Shown one piece after another: positions 1 to 11,836 of a DNA stretch of 64,000 bases. Every line of letters starts with the position of its first letter. Position 1 is the stretch's first letter. Location: NCBI RefSeq assembly GCF_009914755.1, contig NC_060935.1; one strand, given 5' to 3'. Under the pieces are notes generated by a model. That model saw only the letters and a list, made by a program, of their open reading frames with translations, was not told the origin of the DNA and made no database searches. The position numbers and the translations under genes were made by a program. This DNA comes from the human T2T-CHM13v2.0 reference genome, Homo sapiens.

Positions 1-57
1 ACCTGCACATCCTGCACATGTACCCTAGAACTTAAAATAAATTAAAAAGAAATAAAC
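1..57 (+). mobile_element. L1PA/PB 3' terminus with A-rich tail
   Basis: acctgcacatcctgcacatgtaccctagaacttaaaataaa is the typical primate L1 3' end, followed by A-rich and (AAAT)n sequence. Confidence 0.8.
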
Positions 58-935
58 ACAGATATATACAACAACAACAAAAAAAATAATGAATAAATAA
101 ATAAATAAATAACTATCCAAAGAAATACATGTTATTTGCTCATGACTGTTCTGGCACAATTTATTGTATTACTGTAAAGCAAATAAAAGAATTATGAAAA
201 CATTAGTTATTTAACCTAAGGGTACAGCTTTTAAAATTCTGCATCTTTTCTAAATTGCACTGAAAATCTCAAGTTATGATTTAACTCTCTTAATAAGTCT
301 TGATTACACGTTAAAGGTAATACAAGCACATACTTAAAGGAAGAAATCCCAATGTAGCAAGCAAATGTATTTATTTAACATAGTTTAATTACTGTATATG
401 TTACATAGTGACATTTATGTAGGTATTCTATTTTTTTTCACTAAAAAGACAATTATTTTGCTTAGTACAGCAAGAGATAGTAGTTTAAACATCAACTGAC
501 TATCATAACTGAAACCATCAGTTATGTGGATTTTTTTCTTTTTTTTTTTTGCTACATTTTTAGAAAGAGGCAAATTACAAAAGGTATTGTGGATTTATTA
601 AAAAAATAACTTTGGGGTTATTTACTTGGTTAGTATGAAATCAGTACCATCTCTTCTGTTTTCTGGGCATTTAGGCCATACAATTAGAATTGATTTCTGA
701 GTGATAGCCTGGAGACTCTGCAGGAATCTCACTTATCAAAAAAAATTTAATTATATTCTTATATTGTACTTACTAAGGGAGAAAAGTAAGGGAGTATACT
801 TCACAAAGAATTCCTCAAGAAAAGTTTTGATAACCTCAGTTACTTAGATTTACATACCTCAATAATTCAGATAACCCATTTCTCAACAGACTACATGATA
901 GGGATTTACGGTATAACAACAGTTTATGTTTAGGG

Positions 936-970
<35 letters not shown>

Positions 971-987
971 TTTATATATATATATAT
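936..987. repeat. (GT)n plus (TA)n microsatellite
   Basis: Direct reading. Confidence 0.95.
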
Positions 988-2124
988 TTCCAATTACCTC
1001 CAAGTTCATTATACAGTCAGAAGAGGTTTTCATTTAAAATTCTGAGTTGGGACAATTATACATATGGTATTTGAATCACAAATCATGCTGGGTAAAATGA
1101 AAGAATCAAATGATGTATACACAGAAGTACTAAACACAGGAGGCTGTGTTTACCTTTACAGATTCCAGGCTGTTTTGCAACAGATATAAGGGGTGGATGG
1201 GTGGCTGGACTATGGAATCCAAGGGATCCCTGCCAACCCTGACATCCTGTGACCAATGAAATGATGACAGCTCATTGGCCAGACCTTGAGGCTTTTTGCT
1301 TTCCAGTGTCTGTTCTCAGTAAAAGGTAAAATGCTGAAAAACAAATAAATGTAAAGTGCCACCCAAAGTAAAAAAATTACAGTGAGATAATAAAACACAT
1401 CACATAGAATTTAAATATGTTCAGTATGAAGGCAATGGTATAGAAAAAAAGATGTTAGTTTCTTTTCATGTGAACTCACAATTTTTGCTTTATGAAAAAC
1501 AAAAGGAAGCTTATTCTACAAAAATAATTTCATTTGCTATTAAAAAAAACAAAAGCCCCAGTATAATCCTCCTCGCTATGGTTTTAAGAACAAATTGTAC
1601 AAAGCTATTTGGGGAAAAAAGATAAAGGAAAACTGAATTAAAGTCTTACTGGTTTCTCAATCTGTTCTTTAGCAGAGTAGTTTGCATGTGACATCTCACA
1701 TGATAATTGTTTCCAAACTCAGGGGAAAGCACTAGTAATCTCTGATAAACTTGTCAGGGTGCAAAGAACCATAACATAATATTATTGAGTCAAAGGGTCA
1801 TTCATTCATCTGTAAAAATGGTGAAAATTACAATGCTAGATTTTTTTTCTTAAAATTAAAAAATAATCCTTATATGATGAAACACTGTCTTTCCAGTTGA
1901 AAGCTCTAAGTCAGGTCATCTTCCTTCTCACCTTTGTGTCTCCACTCTGGCGCACCCTGCATGGCTGACTCCTTGTCATCTTTCTAAACCCAGTTCTTTC
2001 AGGATGTCTTCTCTCCCCAACATCCCTCACCATCTTCTTCATCTCTTCTTCAGATATTATTAATTTCTCCTGAATACCACTACTGTGGTATTTTTTACCC
2101 CTCAATTTGTGTGTGTGCATGTGC

Positions 2125-2240
2125 TCTAATTTAGACTGTGAGCTCCTTTAAGAATACAGCCTATATTTAACATTATTCACGTCTGTTTCCCTAGAACTTA
2201 GCACATGCTTCACATACACTGGGCGTTCAGTCAACATTTC
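2125..2240 (+). mobile_element. L2 3' end fragment
   Basis: tagactgtgagctcc...cctagaacttagcacatgc resembles the L2 3' consensus. Confidence 0.55.
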
Positions 2241-2512
2241 TAATATAAGCAAATATGAGTATAGAAACATTATGATAATTAGAGCAGTGAGCGAGACATA
2301 GTCTTCCATCTGAGACAAATACATGAGAAACAGGAGCCAAAAAATAATTATTTAGGCTGATGTGACTTCCTTCTCTCCATAATGGAATAATGGTGTAACA
2401 GTGCAGGCCTTCTAACAACCCTTCAAAGAAGGGGGTGAAACTAGGCAGAGGATATCGACTATCTTGGTTCATAAGTAGGTACACCTGGGAGTACCAAGCC
2501 AGGGAAACATGA

Positions 2513-2828
<316 letters not shown>

Positions 2829-4042
2829 GCAAAACACTTTATTAAACATAGAGAAAAATAACTGGCATGCAAGGATTTCTACCCAATCATCATTTGCCTT
2901 GAAGGACTTTTCACCATGACAGCCTTGTATGTGTGTGTGTGTAAGTGGGGGTGGGGGAGAGTAGGGAGAAGGTGGCTGTGCCCAAATGTCAGAGAGAGGC
3001 ATATTGGCCTCTAGGGTGGCATCCTTAATGAATTTTCCTACAGAACTGATGTCAAATGGGTCACCTCAAAGGTTCATCTCACTCATTCATTCATTCCCCT
3101 TCAAGGCAATGGCCCATCTACCCTATATCCCATTTTAGAGACCCTCTGTGTTATCCACACATTCCACTTTTTTACACTCCCCACCTCCAAGGGGTATGCA
3201 CACTCTGTCCATTTTACTCAAGAAACATGTTTATTCTCTACTGCTTTGGCTTTGGGCCTCCTGACTTTCCACACTCTAGCAACAGCTCCCTCTTTGAACC
3301 ACTGGAAAAGCCTCCTGACTGGCCCTCCTGCCACATTATGTCCTCCATGTGTTGCAAGAAGCCTCTTCCTTAAGTCAATTTAAAAAAAAAAATCACAAAC
3401 ACCTGCTTCAAATCTTTTCCCTTTCCTTTCCTTCCTTACTTCTTTTTCTTTTTTTTTTTTTTTTGGAGGAGGAATTCTTGCTAATTGATAATATTTAATA
3501 TTTAAACTCCGTAGATTCACATATGACTTCATCAATTGGCTCAACTAATTTTTTTCCAGCTTCATATCCTGGTATTCAAAGTCATGTACAATTTTTTTAT
3601 TGCACAAAATGTCTCATCTTTCTCTAGAAATAACAGCCCTTGCCATAAATTCCTGCTTTTGTAACATGAAACTGCTTTCCTTTGGAGTGAGACCACTTTG
3701 CACCTGGAAGATGCTCATCCTTCAACATCCAGCTTGTCTCCTCCTTAGGAAAATATCCTCTGTTCTGTTGGTGATACTAAAGGCAGTACCCTGAACATGT
3801 CTTTGTAAAAGATTTTGCCTTTAGTATTGTGATTACCCATTCACCTGTCTATCCCTTTCCAGAAATGTGAGCTCCTCAAGGGCAGGCTCCAAATCTGACT
3901 TTCCTACTATGCACATAGAATGGTACTTGCCATGTAAGAAACAAATCCTTACTGTTTGGGGAAAAAACAAAAGTACAAAGAATACAACTCTAAAATGAAC
4001 AAAACAAATGATAATATGCTGTTTAGAAAGTGTTGAAAAACT

Positions 4043-4334
4043 AGGCATGGTGGCTCACACCTGTAATTCCAGCACTTTGGGAGGCCGAAGTGTGGGGGGT
4101 TGCTTGAGCCCAGGAGTTGGAGGCCAGCCCGGACAACACAGTGAGACCCCAAATCTATTAAAAAAAAATACAACAATTAGCCGGGCATGGTAGACTGTGC
4201 CTGTAGTTCCAGCTTTTCAGGAGGCTGAGAGAGGAGGACTGCTTGAGCCTACGAGGTCGAGGCTACAGTGAGCTGTGATTATGCCACTGCACTCCAGCCT
4301 GGGTGACAGGATAAGATCCTGTCTCAAAAAAAAA
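4043..4334 (+). mobile_element. AluJ-like SINE
   Basis: Dimer with old-subfamily features (gcttgagcccaggag, gaggctacagtgagctgtgatt) and poly-A. Confidence 0.93.
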
Positions 4335-4554
4335 TGTGTTGAAATCATTTCTTTCATATCATGTGTTAAATAGGCTTTGAAGGGCTGGCCTTGAAACCTG
4401 ACAGCTTTGAGCCATCGTGTATCCATGGGAGTAGGCATTCTAGGTTCCAAACAGCACACTTAGAAATGGACTTTGGAACACAACGTGCTACCTCAAGGCT
4501 CCACCTGGCCACACAGCAGGCACTGAGGCTGGGAGACAGCCCCCAGACAGATGA

Positions 4555-5230
4555 GTGTCCGCGCCTCTCTGAGAGGTGAATGAGCCCGGACGGTCCCTAC
4601 CTACCAAGTCCTGAGGAGCAGCGGCACCAACGACGCAGGCCCGCCCCAGCCCGCCAGTGAGCCGCCCATGCCCTCTGCTAGCCCGGCCCGCCCGGGCCCC
4701 CGCCATGCTGATCACCGTGTACTGCGTGCGGAGGGACCTCTCCGAGGTCACCTTCTCTCTCCAGGTCAGCCCCGACTTTGAGCTCCGAAACTTCAAGGTC
4801 CTCTGCGAAGCGGAGTCCAGAGTCCCCGTCGAAGAGATCCAGATCATCCACATGGAGCGACTCCTCATCGAGGACCACTGTTCCCTGGGCTCCTACGGCC
4901 TCAAAGATGGCGATATCGTGGTTTTACTGCAGAAGGACAATGTGGGACCTCGGGCTCCAGGGCGTGCCCCGAACCAGCCTCGTGTAGACTTCAGTGGCAT
5001 TGCGGTGCCTGGGACGTCCAGCTCCCGTCCACAGCACCCTGGACAGCAGCAGCAGCGCACACCCGCTGCCCAGCGGTCACAGGGCTTGGCGTCAGGAGAG
5101 AAGGTGGCCGGCCTGCAAGGTCTGGGCAGCCCCGCCCTGATCCGCAGCATGCTGCTCTCCAACCCCCACGATCTGTCCCTGCTCAAGGAACGCAACCCTC
5201 CCTTGGCGGAAGCCCTGCTCAGCGGAAGCC
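4555..5230 (+). promoter_or_regulatory. CpG-rich, GC-box-containing DDI1 5' region (CpG-island-like)
   Basis: Abrupt GC/CpG enrichment relative to the AT-rich flanks. GC boxes (ccgcccc at 4641, ccgccc at 4662 and 4688). Confidence 0.65.
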
Positions 5231-5895
5231 TTGAGACCTTTTCTCAGGTGCTGATGGAGCAGCAAAGGGAAAAGGCCTTGAGAGAGCAAGAGAGGCTTCG
5301 TCTCTACACAGCCGACCCACTGGATCGGGAAGCTCAGGCCAAAATAGAAGAGGAAATCCGGCAGCAAAACATTGAAGAAAACATGAATATAGCGATAGAA
5401 GAGGCCCCCGAGAGTTTTGGACAAGTGACGATGCTCTACATTAACTGCAAAGTGAATGGGCATCCTTTGAAGGCTTTTGTTGACTCGGGCGCCCAGATGA
5501 CCATTATGAGCCAGGCTTGTGCCGAGCGATGTAACATCATGAGGCTGGTGGACCGACGGTGGGCTGGGGTTGCTAAAGGAGTGGGCACACAGAGAATTAT
5601 TGGCCGTGTTCATCTAGCTCAGATTCAAATTGAAGGTGATTTCTTACAGTGCTCTTTCTCCATACTTGAGGATCAACCCATGGATATGCTTCTAGGCCTA
5701 GATATGCTCCGGAGACATCAATGTTCCATCGATTTGAAGAAAAATGTGCTGGTCATCGGCACCACTGGCACGCAGACTTATTTTCTTCCTGAGGGAGAGT
5801 TGCCCTTATGCTCTAGGATGGTAAGTGGGCAAGATGAGTCTTCGGACAAGGAAATTACACATTCAGTCATGGATTCAGGACGAAAAGAACATTAA
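4705..5895 (+). CDS. DDI1: DNA damage-inducible 1 homolog 1 (UBL domain + HDD + retroviral-like aspartyl protease), intronless, 396 aa
   Basis: Protein begins [21 protein letters not shown] (DDI1/DDI2 N-terminus). ATG at 4705 is in a cgccATG context. Catalytic FVDSGAQ (Asp codon 5482-5484, D260) and LLGLDML motifs are present. TAA at 5893-5895. Confidence 0.97.
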   Translation: MLITVYCVRRDLSEVTFSLQVSPDFELRNFKVLCEAESRVPVEEIQIIHMERLLIEDHCSLGSYGLKDGDIVVLLQKDNVGPRAPGRAPNQPRVDFSGIAVPGTSSSRPQHPGQQQQRTPAAQRSQGLASGEKVAGLQGLGSPALIRSMLLSNPHDLSLLKERNPPLAEALLSGSLETFSQVLMEQQREKALREQERLRLYTADPLDREAQAKIEEEIRQQNIEENMNIAIEEAPESFGQVTMLYINCKVNGHPLKAFVDSGAQMTIMSQACAERCNIMRLVDRRWAGVAKGVGTQRIIGRVHLAQIQIEGDFLQCSFSILEDQPMDMLLGLDMLRRHQCSIDLKKNVLVIGTTGTQTYFLPEGELPLCSRMVSGQDESSDKEITHSVMDSGRKEH

Positions 5896-5978
5896 AGCAC
5901 GTTATAAATATGTTACCACCTTGAGGGAGCCTCAGGTCCCCGGCAATTATAAGTTAAGAGCTTACTGGCAATGTAATC

Positions 5979-5984
5979 ATTAAA
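5979..5984 (+). terminator. Candidate proximal poly(A) signal ATTAAA
   Basis: ATTAAA ~85 nt after the DDI1 stop codon. Use is not demonstrated. Confidence 0.35.
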
Positions 5985-6620
5985 AAACATCAGTAACAAC
6001 TAAACCTGGCCTTGGGACTACGTTCTCAGATGGGTAACTAACGTCAATCCTGATTCCTTGGTCTTGGTCCCTCTTCCATTTCCCTTGTCCAGAGATCACT
6101 GAAAGGCATCCTGGGAAGGCTTTGGAGGCTCCAGCTGATTTCCAGATAATCCATGAAAAAGAAAACCAGCTTCTTCCTTTAGAGACACTATCCTATCAGA
6201 TTACAGGTGGCTTATCCAAATCATTGCTATTTTGCAGAATTCCCTGGAAAAATGCTATGGCTGCAGACCTTACAAGGCATCCACATAAAACTATTTCACA
6301 TCAGCACTAATAATTCTTTCTACTGAGAGAAATATGCCCATTTTCACAGGTTTTGTTTTCTTTGGGAAGGGTATTAGAAATGGTAGGTCAGTTACACTAT
6401 GATGTTAACTAATACTTATACATGTCTGTTTGGGGCAGCATAAAGACCAATTTCCTCATATTTACACCTTCCCTTCCCCTGGATCCCCTGCAGTCACCCT
6501 GCAATCCACAGCTAAAGACTATTTTTGCCATATTTGAGAAAGTGGATTTATCTCCAAGGATGCTACATTAATTTTCTATTTCTCCTGCATTCAAAGAAAC
6601 TCTGGCTATAAAACAAAGGC

Positions 6621-6626
6621 AATAAA
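6621..6626 (+). terminator. Candidate poly(A) signal AATAAA
   Basis: First canonical hexamer I see downstream of the DDI1 stop. Confidence 0.4.
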
Positions 6627-6706
6627 TTAGATTTTTTAAAAAAGAAATTATGGTACTTCTTGGGAGTCAAGTTGTACAGTGGTGGGAATGAGAGGTGGGG
6701 ACAGGC

Positions 6707-6855
6707 AGTGGTCCAGGTTCTCTAATAGTCATTGCAACTAGATCATCTCTCTCTCTTTTTCAAAGTAAAAATCTGCTTTATACATTAAGCTGCTGCTACA
6801 TCAGTATTGTTTGAACAAAGGTTTTCACTGTTAAAATAACATTTGAAAACTTTTG
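6707..6855. mobile_element. Possible old hAT-Charlie (MER103-like) fragment in the DDI1 3' UTR region
   Basis: cagtggt... start and ...tttgaaaact end resemble Charlie TIRs. Highly diverged. Confidence 0.35.
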
Positions 6856-7053
6856 AATGAGAAGATCTCTAAGGCCTCATTCAGAATTATCCATTCTGAC
6901 AATGTTAGTGTTTATTACAACTGACAGTGGGTAATGGAAGATCCTAGACTTAATTACAACCCATGGCTAAAGCACCTGAGAGAAAAGTTTCAGCTTCCTG
7001 AGGCCATCAGATGCAGGGGAAATGTTTCAGGACAATAATTTATCAAAACTGGT

Positions 7054-7093
7054 ATTAAAACAGCGGATTCAAAATCAAGATGTGTATGTTTTG
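7054..7093 (+). terminator. Candidate distal poly(A) site (ATTAAA + GU-rich downstream element)
   Basis: ATTAAA at 7054-7059 followed by tgtgtatgttttg at 7081-7093, with canonical spacing. Confidence 0.5.
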
Positions 7094-8449
7094 ATTACAC
7101 TTAATTACTTAGACAAATTAGTTCACCTACTTTACAACTGAGATTCCTCACCTAATAATTTTTTTTTTCCTGGGAGGGGTCACTTTTCAAGCACTAAAAC
7201 CTCATTATCTTAAAGGATCTGGGATATCCTTTAAGTTATTCTATTTTCCCGACAAGATATAAAGCCACATAAAGCATTCCCAAAGGATACAGAAAAAAAT
7301 AACTCTCCCTTATAATCTCCATATACTTTTTGTTTTGCTTCTTGGTAATACTAATCACCCTTTCTAAAGAGAGTCACCTCTTCCTTTCTAGCCACCATCA
7401 GTTCACCTCCCATTTTTCTTCTCTATAGGTGTTCCCATGCTCACATTTCCCAGTCTGGTCTACATTTGCACAAAGTTTTATACCCAGTAGAACTACTAAA
7501 AATGATCAAATGAACAGATTTCTTTCCTACTTTTGTTTGTAATTAAGAACTCAAAACAAATGCAATTAACAAAAAAAGACATTCAGAGTAAAGTCAGGGA
7601 TAAGCAAAATGCTTATGAATAAATTTAAATTGCCCTGATAAATTCATGGATTATCTCACTGACAAAAATATGCAAAGTCCTCAGCATCTTCTGAATTCAA
7701 TTTTAAGGTTCATTTATGAAAAAAAGGTCTTATTTGCATATATCACATGGGACTCCTCAGGGTGTCTGACCCATTAAAGTTAGCCACAGAATTTTTAAGA
7801 TAAAAGACAGTTCACATGATACCAAATCTGACCATACCCACCCTACCTTCTCAGAGGAACACCCCTTCTGAGGTAGCTATAATGTTTTGAGACAAATCTC
7901 AGGTATAATTATTTGTTTCTTATTTTGAGCTGAAATCTACTGTCCCATAACTTCCAGTAAGTTGGTCTTCATTCTTCCTTCTGCCAAGACCACATTTAAT
8001 CTTTCTGGCATGAGATAAACTTTTTAATATATGAAATGAGTATCAGCCCACATATTCATTTTTAGACTTCAGTAGGTTTTCACCAGATTCTTTAACTGTT
8101 CCTCATAGGACAAATTTGGATTCTCCTAAAAATTTCACGTTTCTTTGGCCATATTCCAAATCCTAAAAACATGATTTGAGTGAATGAATGAATAAATTAA
8201 AATCATCTATACTGAATTGAAAAGCAATGACTTCAAAGAAAAATCATTAAACAAAATGAATTAATTAAGCAATGCCTTTATTGATTAACTTTTAAAAATC
8301 GTCTTTCAAATTGAAAAGTGTTTGAAAAGTTAGTTTCATTAATGTCTTCATGTAATTCTGTGTATACTTAAAAAGGTCCTAATCAATTAAATTTTAAATG
8401 GATTAGTTTTGGTAAAAGGCTACATCTTTTGCTTGTCTTCTACATCAAT

Positions 8450-8560
8450 CAGGCACTATGCAAGGTACTTTGCATATTACTGCCCTTAATCCTCAGGATA
8501 AACTTAAAAATAATTATTTTTAAGCCCATTTTGCAGATGGAAAATTTGAGGCTCAGAATT
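8450..8560 (-). mobile_element. MIR fragment
   Basis: cccattttgcagatggaaaatttgaggctcaga is the reverse MIR core. Confidence 0.7.
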
Positions 8561-11431
8561 ATTAGAAACATTCAAATATTCAAAGTTCAGTGATTTTAAA
8601 TTTTTTTGACAACAAACTACATTTTACATTGTGACCCAATTTTACACACTATACACACACAAACACAGATATGTATTTCTATCTCTCTATACATCACTAT
8701 ATAACTGAAACAAAAAGGATTCTTGAAATGAAATAATAGGATATGTTTTATCATTTCTTAGTCTTACTTTTTAAAATTATATTTTATGTATCCCACCAAG
8801 ATATTCTGAAACACAATTTACAAAACATGGACTGACCAGATTGCTCTATTCAGAGCTTTTTGATTTCAAATGCCAAGTTCCTTTGCAACTTCTTTATCTG
8901 ACATATTTTAATGCTAGGTCAAAAACTGCAAAATTCTTACAAAATTTTATTATGTGGAAACTACCAAAATTATGCCAGTAGAAATGACAACAGAGTAGGC
9001 AGGACTCAGAATATATACAACAATTATTTATTGAATGCACATTAAATAAGCTCCCAGACAGATTTTTATACATAGAGAAATGAGTAGGTTATAGTTTCAG
9101 ACCTCAAGGTGATTAGTACCTTGTGGGGGTAGAAGACAGACTTGTAACCAACTAAGAGCAAAAGGAATGGACATGAAATTAATAATATGTTGGTACAAAA
9201 GAATACATTTTGTAATGGGGATTATTTTTAAAATAAGAAGCAAGCCAGTAAATGTACTTTTAATGTGTCTAAAATGTTCATCACTGATGCTGCAACAAAA
9301 ATCCTCCTCTTAAATTTCAGGTTACTAATATACAACTTATAAATATCTACTTTTGGAAATTTACTACGTGAAAATGGATAAACAAATTATCATTTTCTGT
9401 TTTTTTTTCCTACTAAAAATGAGGATAAAGTAGGCCACATGATGAAATAGACCTTTCCTGTCTCAGGCCATTTAAAAAATCCTTGGCTTCACTTAATGCT
9501 CACTTAAATAACCATCTTACCTACAAGAAAATCACTAGTGTGATAGCCATGTATTTCAAGATTACCAGCAACAGATTCTGCTGCAGTTAAACCAGAAGAT
9601 GGATGTTGTTTGAGATAAGCAGAACATATAATCTTAACCTCTTTCTTAAAATATTGGGTCATAAAAATTTTCTTGTTTCTAGGGGGAAATCTGTTCTGCA
9701 AAAAGAAAAAGATAAATCGATGTTTGCAGGTATAAATTCATCTTCACTGCAGGTATTAACTGTTGTAATTTTAGTTAAGAGAACATTGTGCTTCTTTCAG
9801 AATGCCAGTTATAAAAGGGCCATTTTCTGACATCCAAGATTCCATAAGCACTTAAGTGATGAGAGTGATCTGGGATTCTCACTAGGAAATTGTATGCAAT
9901 TATATTAATCAGTGCCAACATTCCTAGTTATTCTTTGAACTTGCAAAAGCCTGGAAAACAAAGAAGAGGAGCAAACATAAAGATGGGTAGAGAAAGAAGG
10001 AAAACAAACAAAACAATGCAAGTCTGGGTTGATTTTAACTGATTCTGTCTTAGGTACCGATTTATATGGTGGGAACTGGGCTATGATTATAGACTAGCTA
10101 CCATTCCACAATTTTTATCATTGGCAAATTATCTAAAAATAAAAATATTTTCAAGGTAAAGCCACAATTAAACTTGCTTTTGAATCCCAGCTTCTTTCCA
10201 CACCTGGGTCCATCTGTTAGAATCTTTGAATTTCTAAGGATCTGTTATCAGAAAAAAATGGAGCTTGCAGTCTTGCTGTGCTTTCTGTGCCTTCCTCAGA
10301 GTGCCCAGTTAACAGGCTGTTGAGATGGGTGTACCTGGAGTGGCTTTGTCTCTTACTACAGCAATGAATGTTTTCTGATTGCTTTTTCTTATTGAGAAAG
10401 ACTTTTATAAATCCAGTTTTTCTATATTTCAAATAAGTAAGGATCATTTTTAGAGCATCACTATACAAATTACCAGATAATTTCCTCTTATGTTAAAGTC
10501 CCTAGGAGGCAATGTGGGCTATGCTTCAAGCAGGGGTATTTTTTATGGGTATATTTTTCTACCGTTAATCAATGTATTGATGCCTTGTCCAAATAAAGCA
10601 GACAATTACCAAATAAGCATATTCCAGGTAAGCAACTACTTAAATCCATTAAATTCTTACCCTACACCATCAATCACCATTTTGAAACCTTACTTTATCA
10701 GGGCTTTACTATAAAGATCCGTTAAGATGCAGAGGAAAATTAATTTAAAATTACATTAATTCACATATTCTGCCTTTCAAACTTCTGTCATGTCTAAGGA
10801 TTCAATTAGTCTATCAGTCAAAAAGTATTAGTGTTTTGCATTCATACATGTCACTAAAAATTTAATGTATTTTTTCAAAAGTTATGTCATTGGCCAATAT
10901 CATGCAGAGAGATGAAGAAATTTAAATTATAGCATTAACCTTTAAAGAACTTAAAAGTTCAGTTAGAGGAACTAGAAAAAAAGCAGAGTAAAATATTTAA
11001 AAATAATGTTTAACTCAGTACTGAATCACAAAATATAGAATATGGAGTAGAGGGAATGGTTCCTGCTCCCCATTTGAGACACTAAATACAACAAGGAAGG
11101 ATCTATTCACCAGAATTTTATTGACCACCTGCTGCATGTCAGGACCATTTTAGGTGATGGATTTCTTCACGCAGCCACCAACTTCTGGTGCTAAACTGGT
11201 GTTGAGAGCTGCAGCTCCCAGGCATATCTGAGGATTTATCACCGCCTAGAAGATAAGTCTTCCAAAGTCCCTTTCTGATGACTCAGCTTATCAACCTAGA
11301 GTAAGCATATGGCCGATTCTTAGGCTAAACTTCAAGGTGAAGCTTGTGGTCTGTTTCTGCCTTGACCCACAGTGGCACTGTGTTCAACTCGCTACTATTA
11401 GGGGCTTAATCCTGGAGTACAGTTTGACAAT

Positions 11432-11836
11432 TGTACTAGTTCATATTGTGTGGCTATAAAGGAATACCTGTGGCTGGGTAATTTTTAAAGTAAAGAAGTT
11501 TATTTGGCTCATGGTTCTGCTTACTGTACAAGAAGCATGACACCAGCATCTGCTTCTGGTGAGAGCCTCGGGAAGCTTTCACTTATGGTGGAAGACAAAG
11601 AGGGAGCAGACATGTCATATGGTGAGAGAGGCAGCAAGAGAGCCATGGGGGAGGTCATAGATTCTTTTTAACAAGCAGATCTTGCATAGGGGACTCAGTA
11701 CTGCGGGGAGCACACTGAGCCATTCACAAGGCATCTGCCCCCATGACCCAAACACCTCCCACTAGGCCCCATCTCCAACATTGTGAATCACATTTCAACA
11801 TGAGATTTGGAGAGGAAAAATATCTAAACCTTATCA
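11432..11836 (-). mobile_element. MST-family MaLR solo LTR
   Basis: TG...CA ends (tgtactagt...ttatca), typical ctgggtaattt...tttggctcatggttctgc, and 5-bp TSD acaat/gcaat. Confidence 0.88.

Noticed and set aside
3003-3021. CTCF-like tggcctctagggtggca
   Set aside because: Spacing is one base off the CCNCYAGRKGGC core. Not supportable without ChIP data.
4657-4704. 16-aa N-terminal extension of DDI1 in the ORF track (412 aa)
   Set aside because: It begins at GTG, an artefact of prokaryotic start rules. Homology to DDI2 starts at the Kozak-context ATG at 4705.
5044-5055. (CAG)4 polyglutamine in the DDI1 linker
   Set aside because: Too short to be an unstable repeat.
4488-5613. Minus-strand and alternate-frame ORFs (126, 66, 69, 100, 173 aa) overlapping DDI1
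   Set aside because: Shadow ORFs of a GC-rich coding region with no recognisable protein features.
7843-7877. Short imperfect inverted repeat ctacc..tcagagg...ttctgaggtag
   Set aside because: Too short and bulged to exceed chance.
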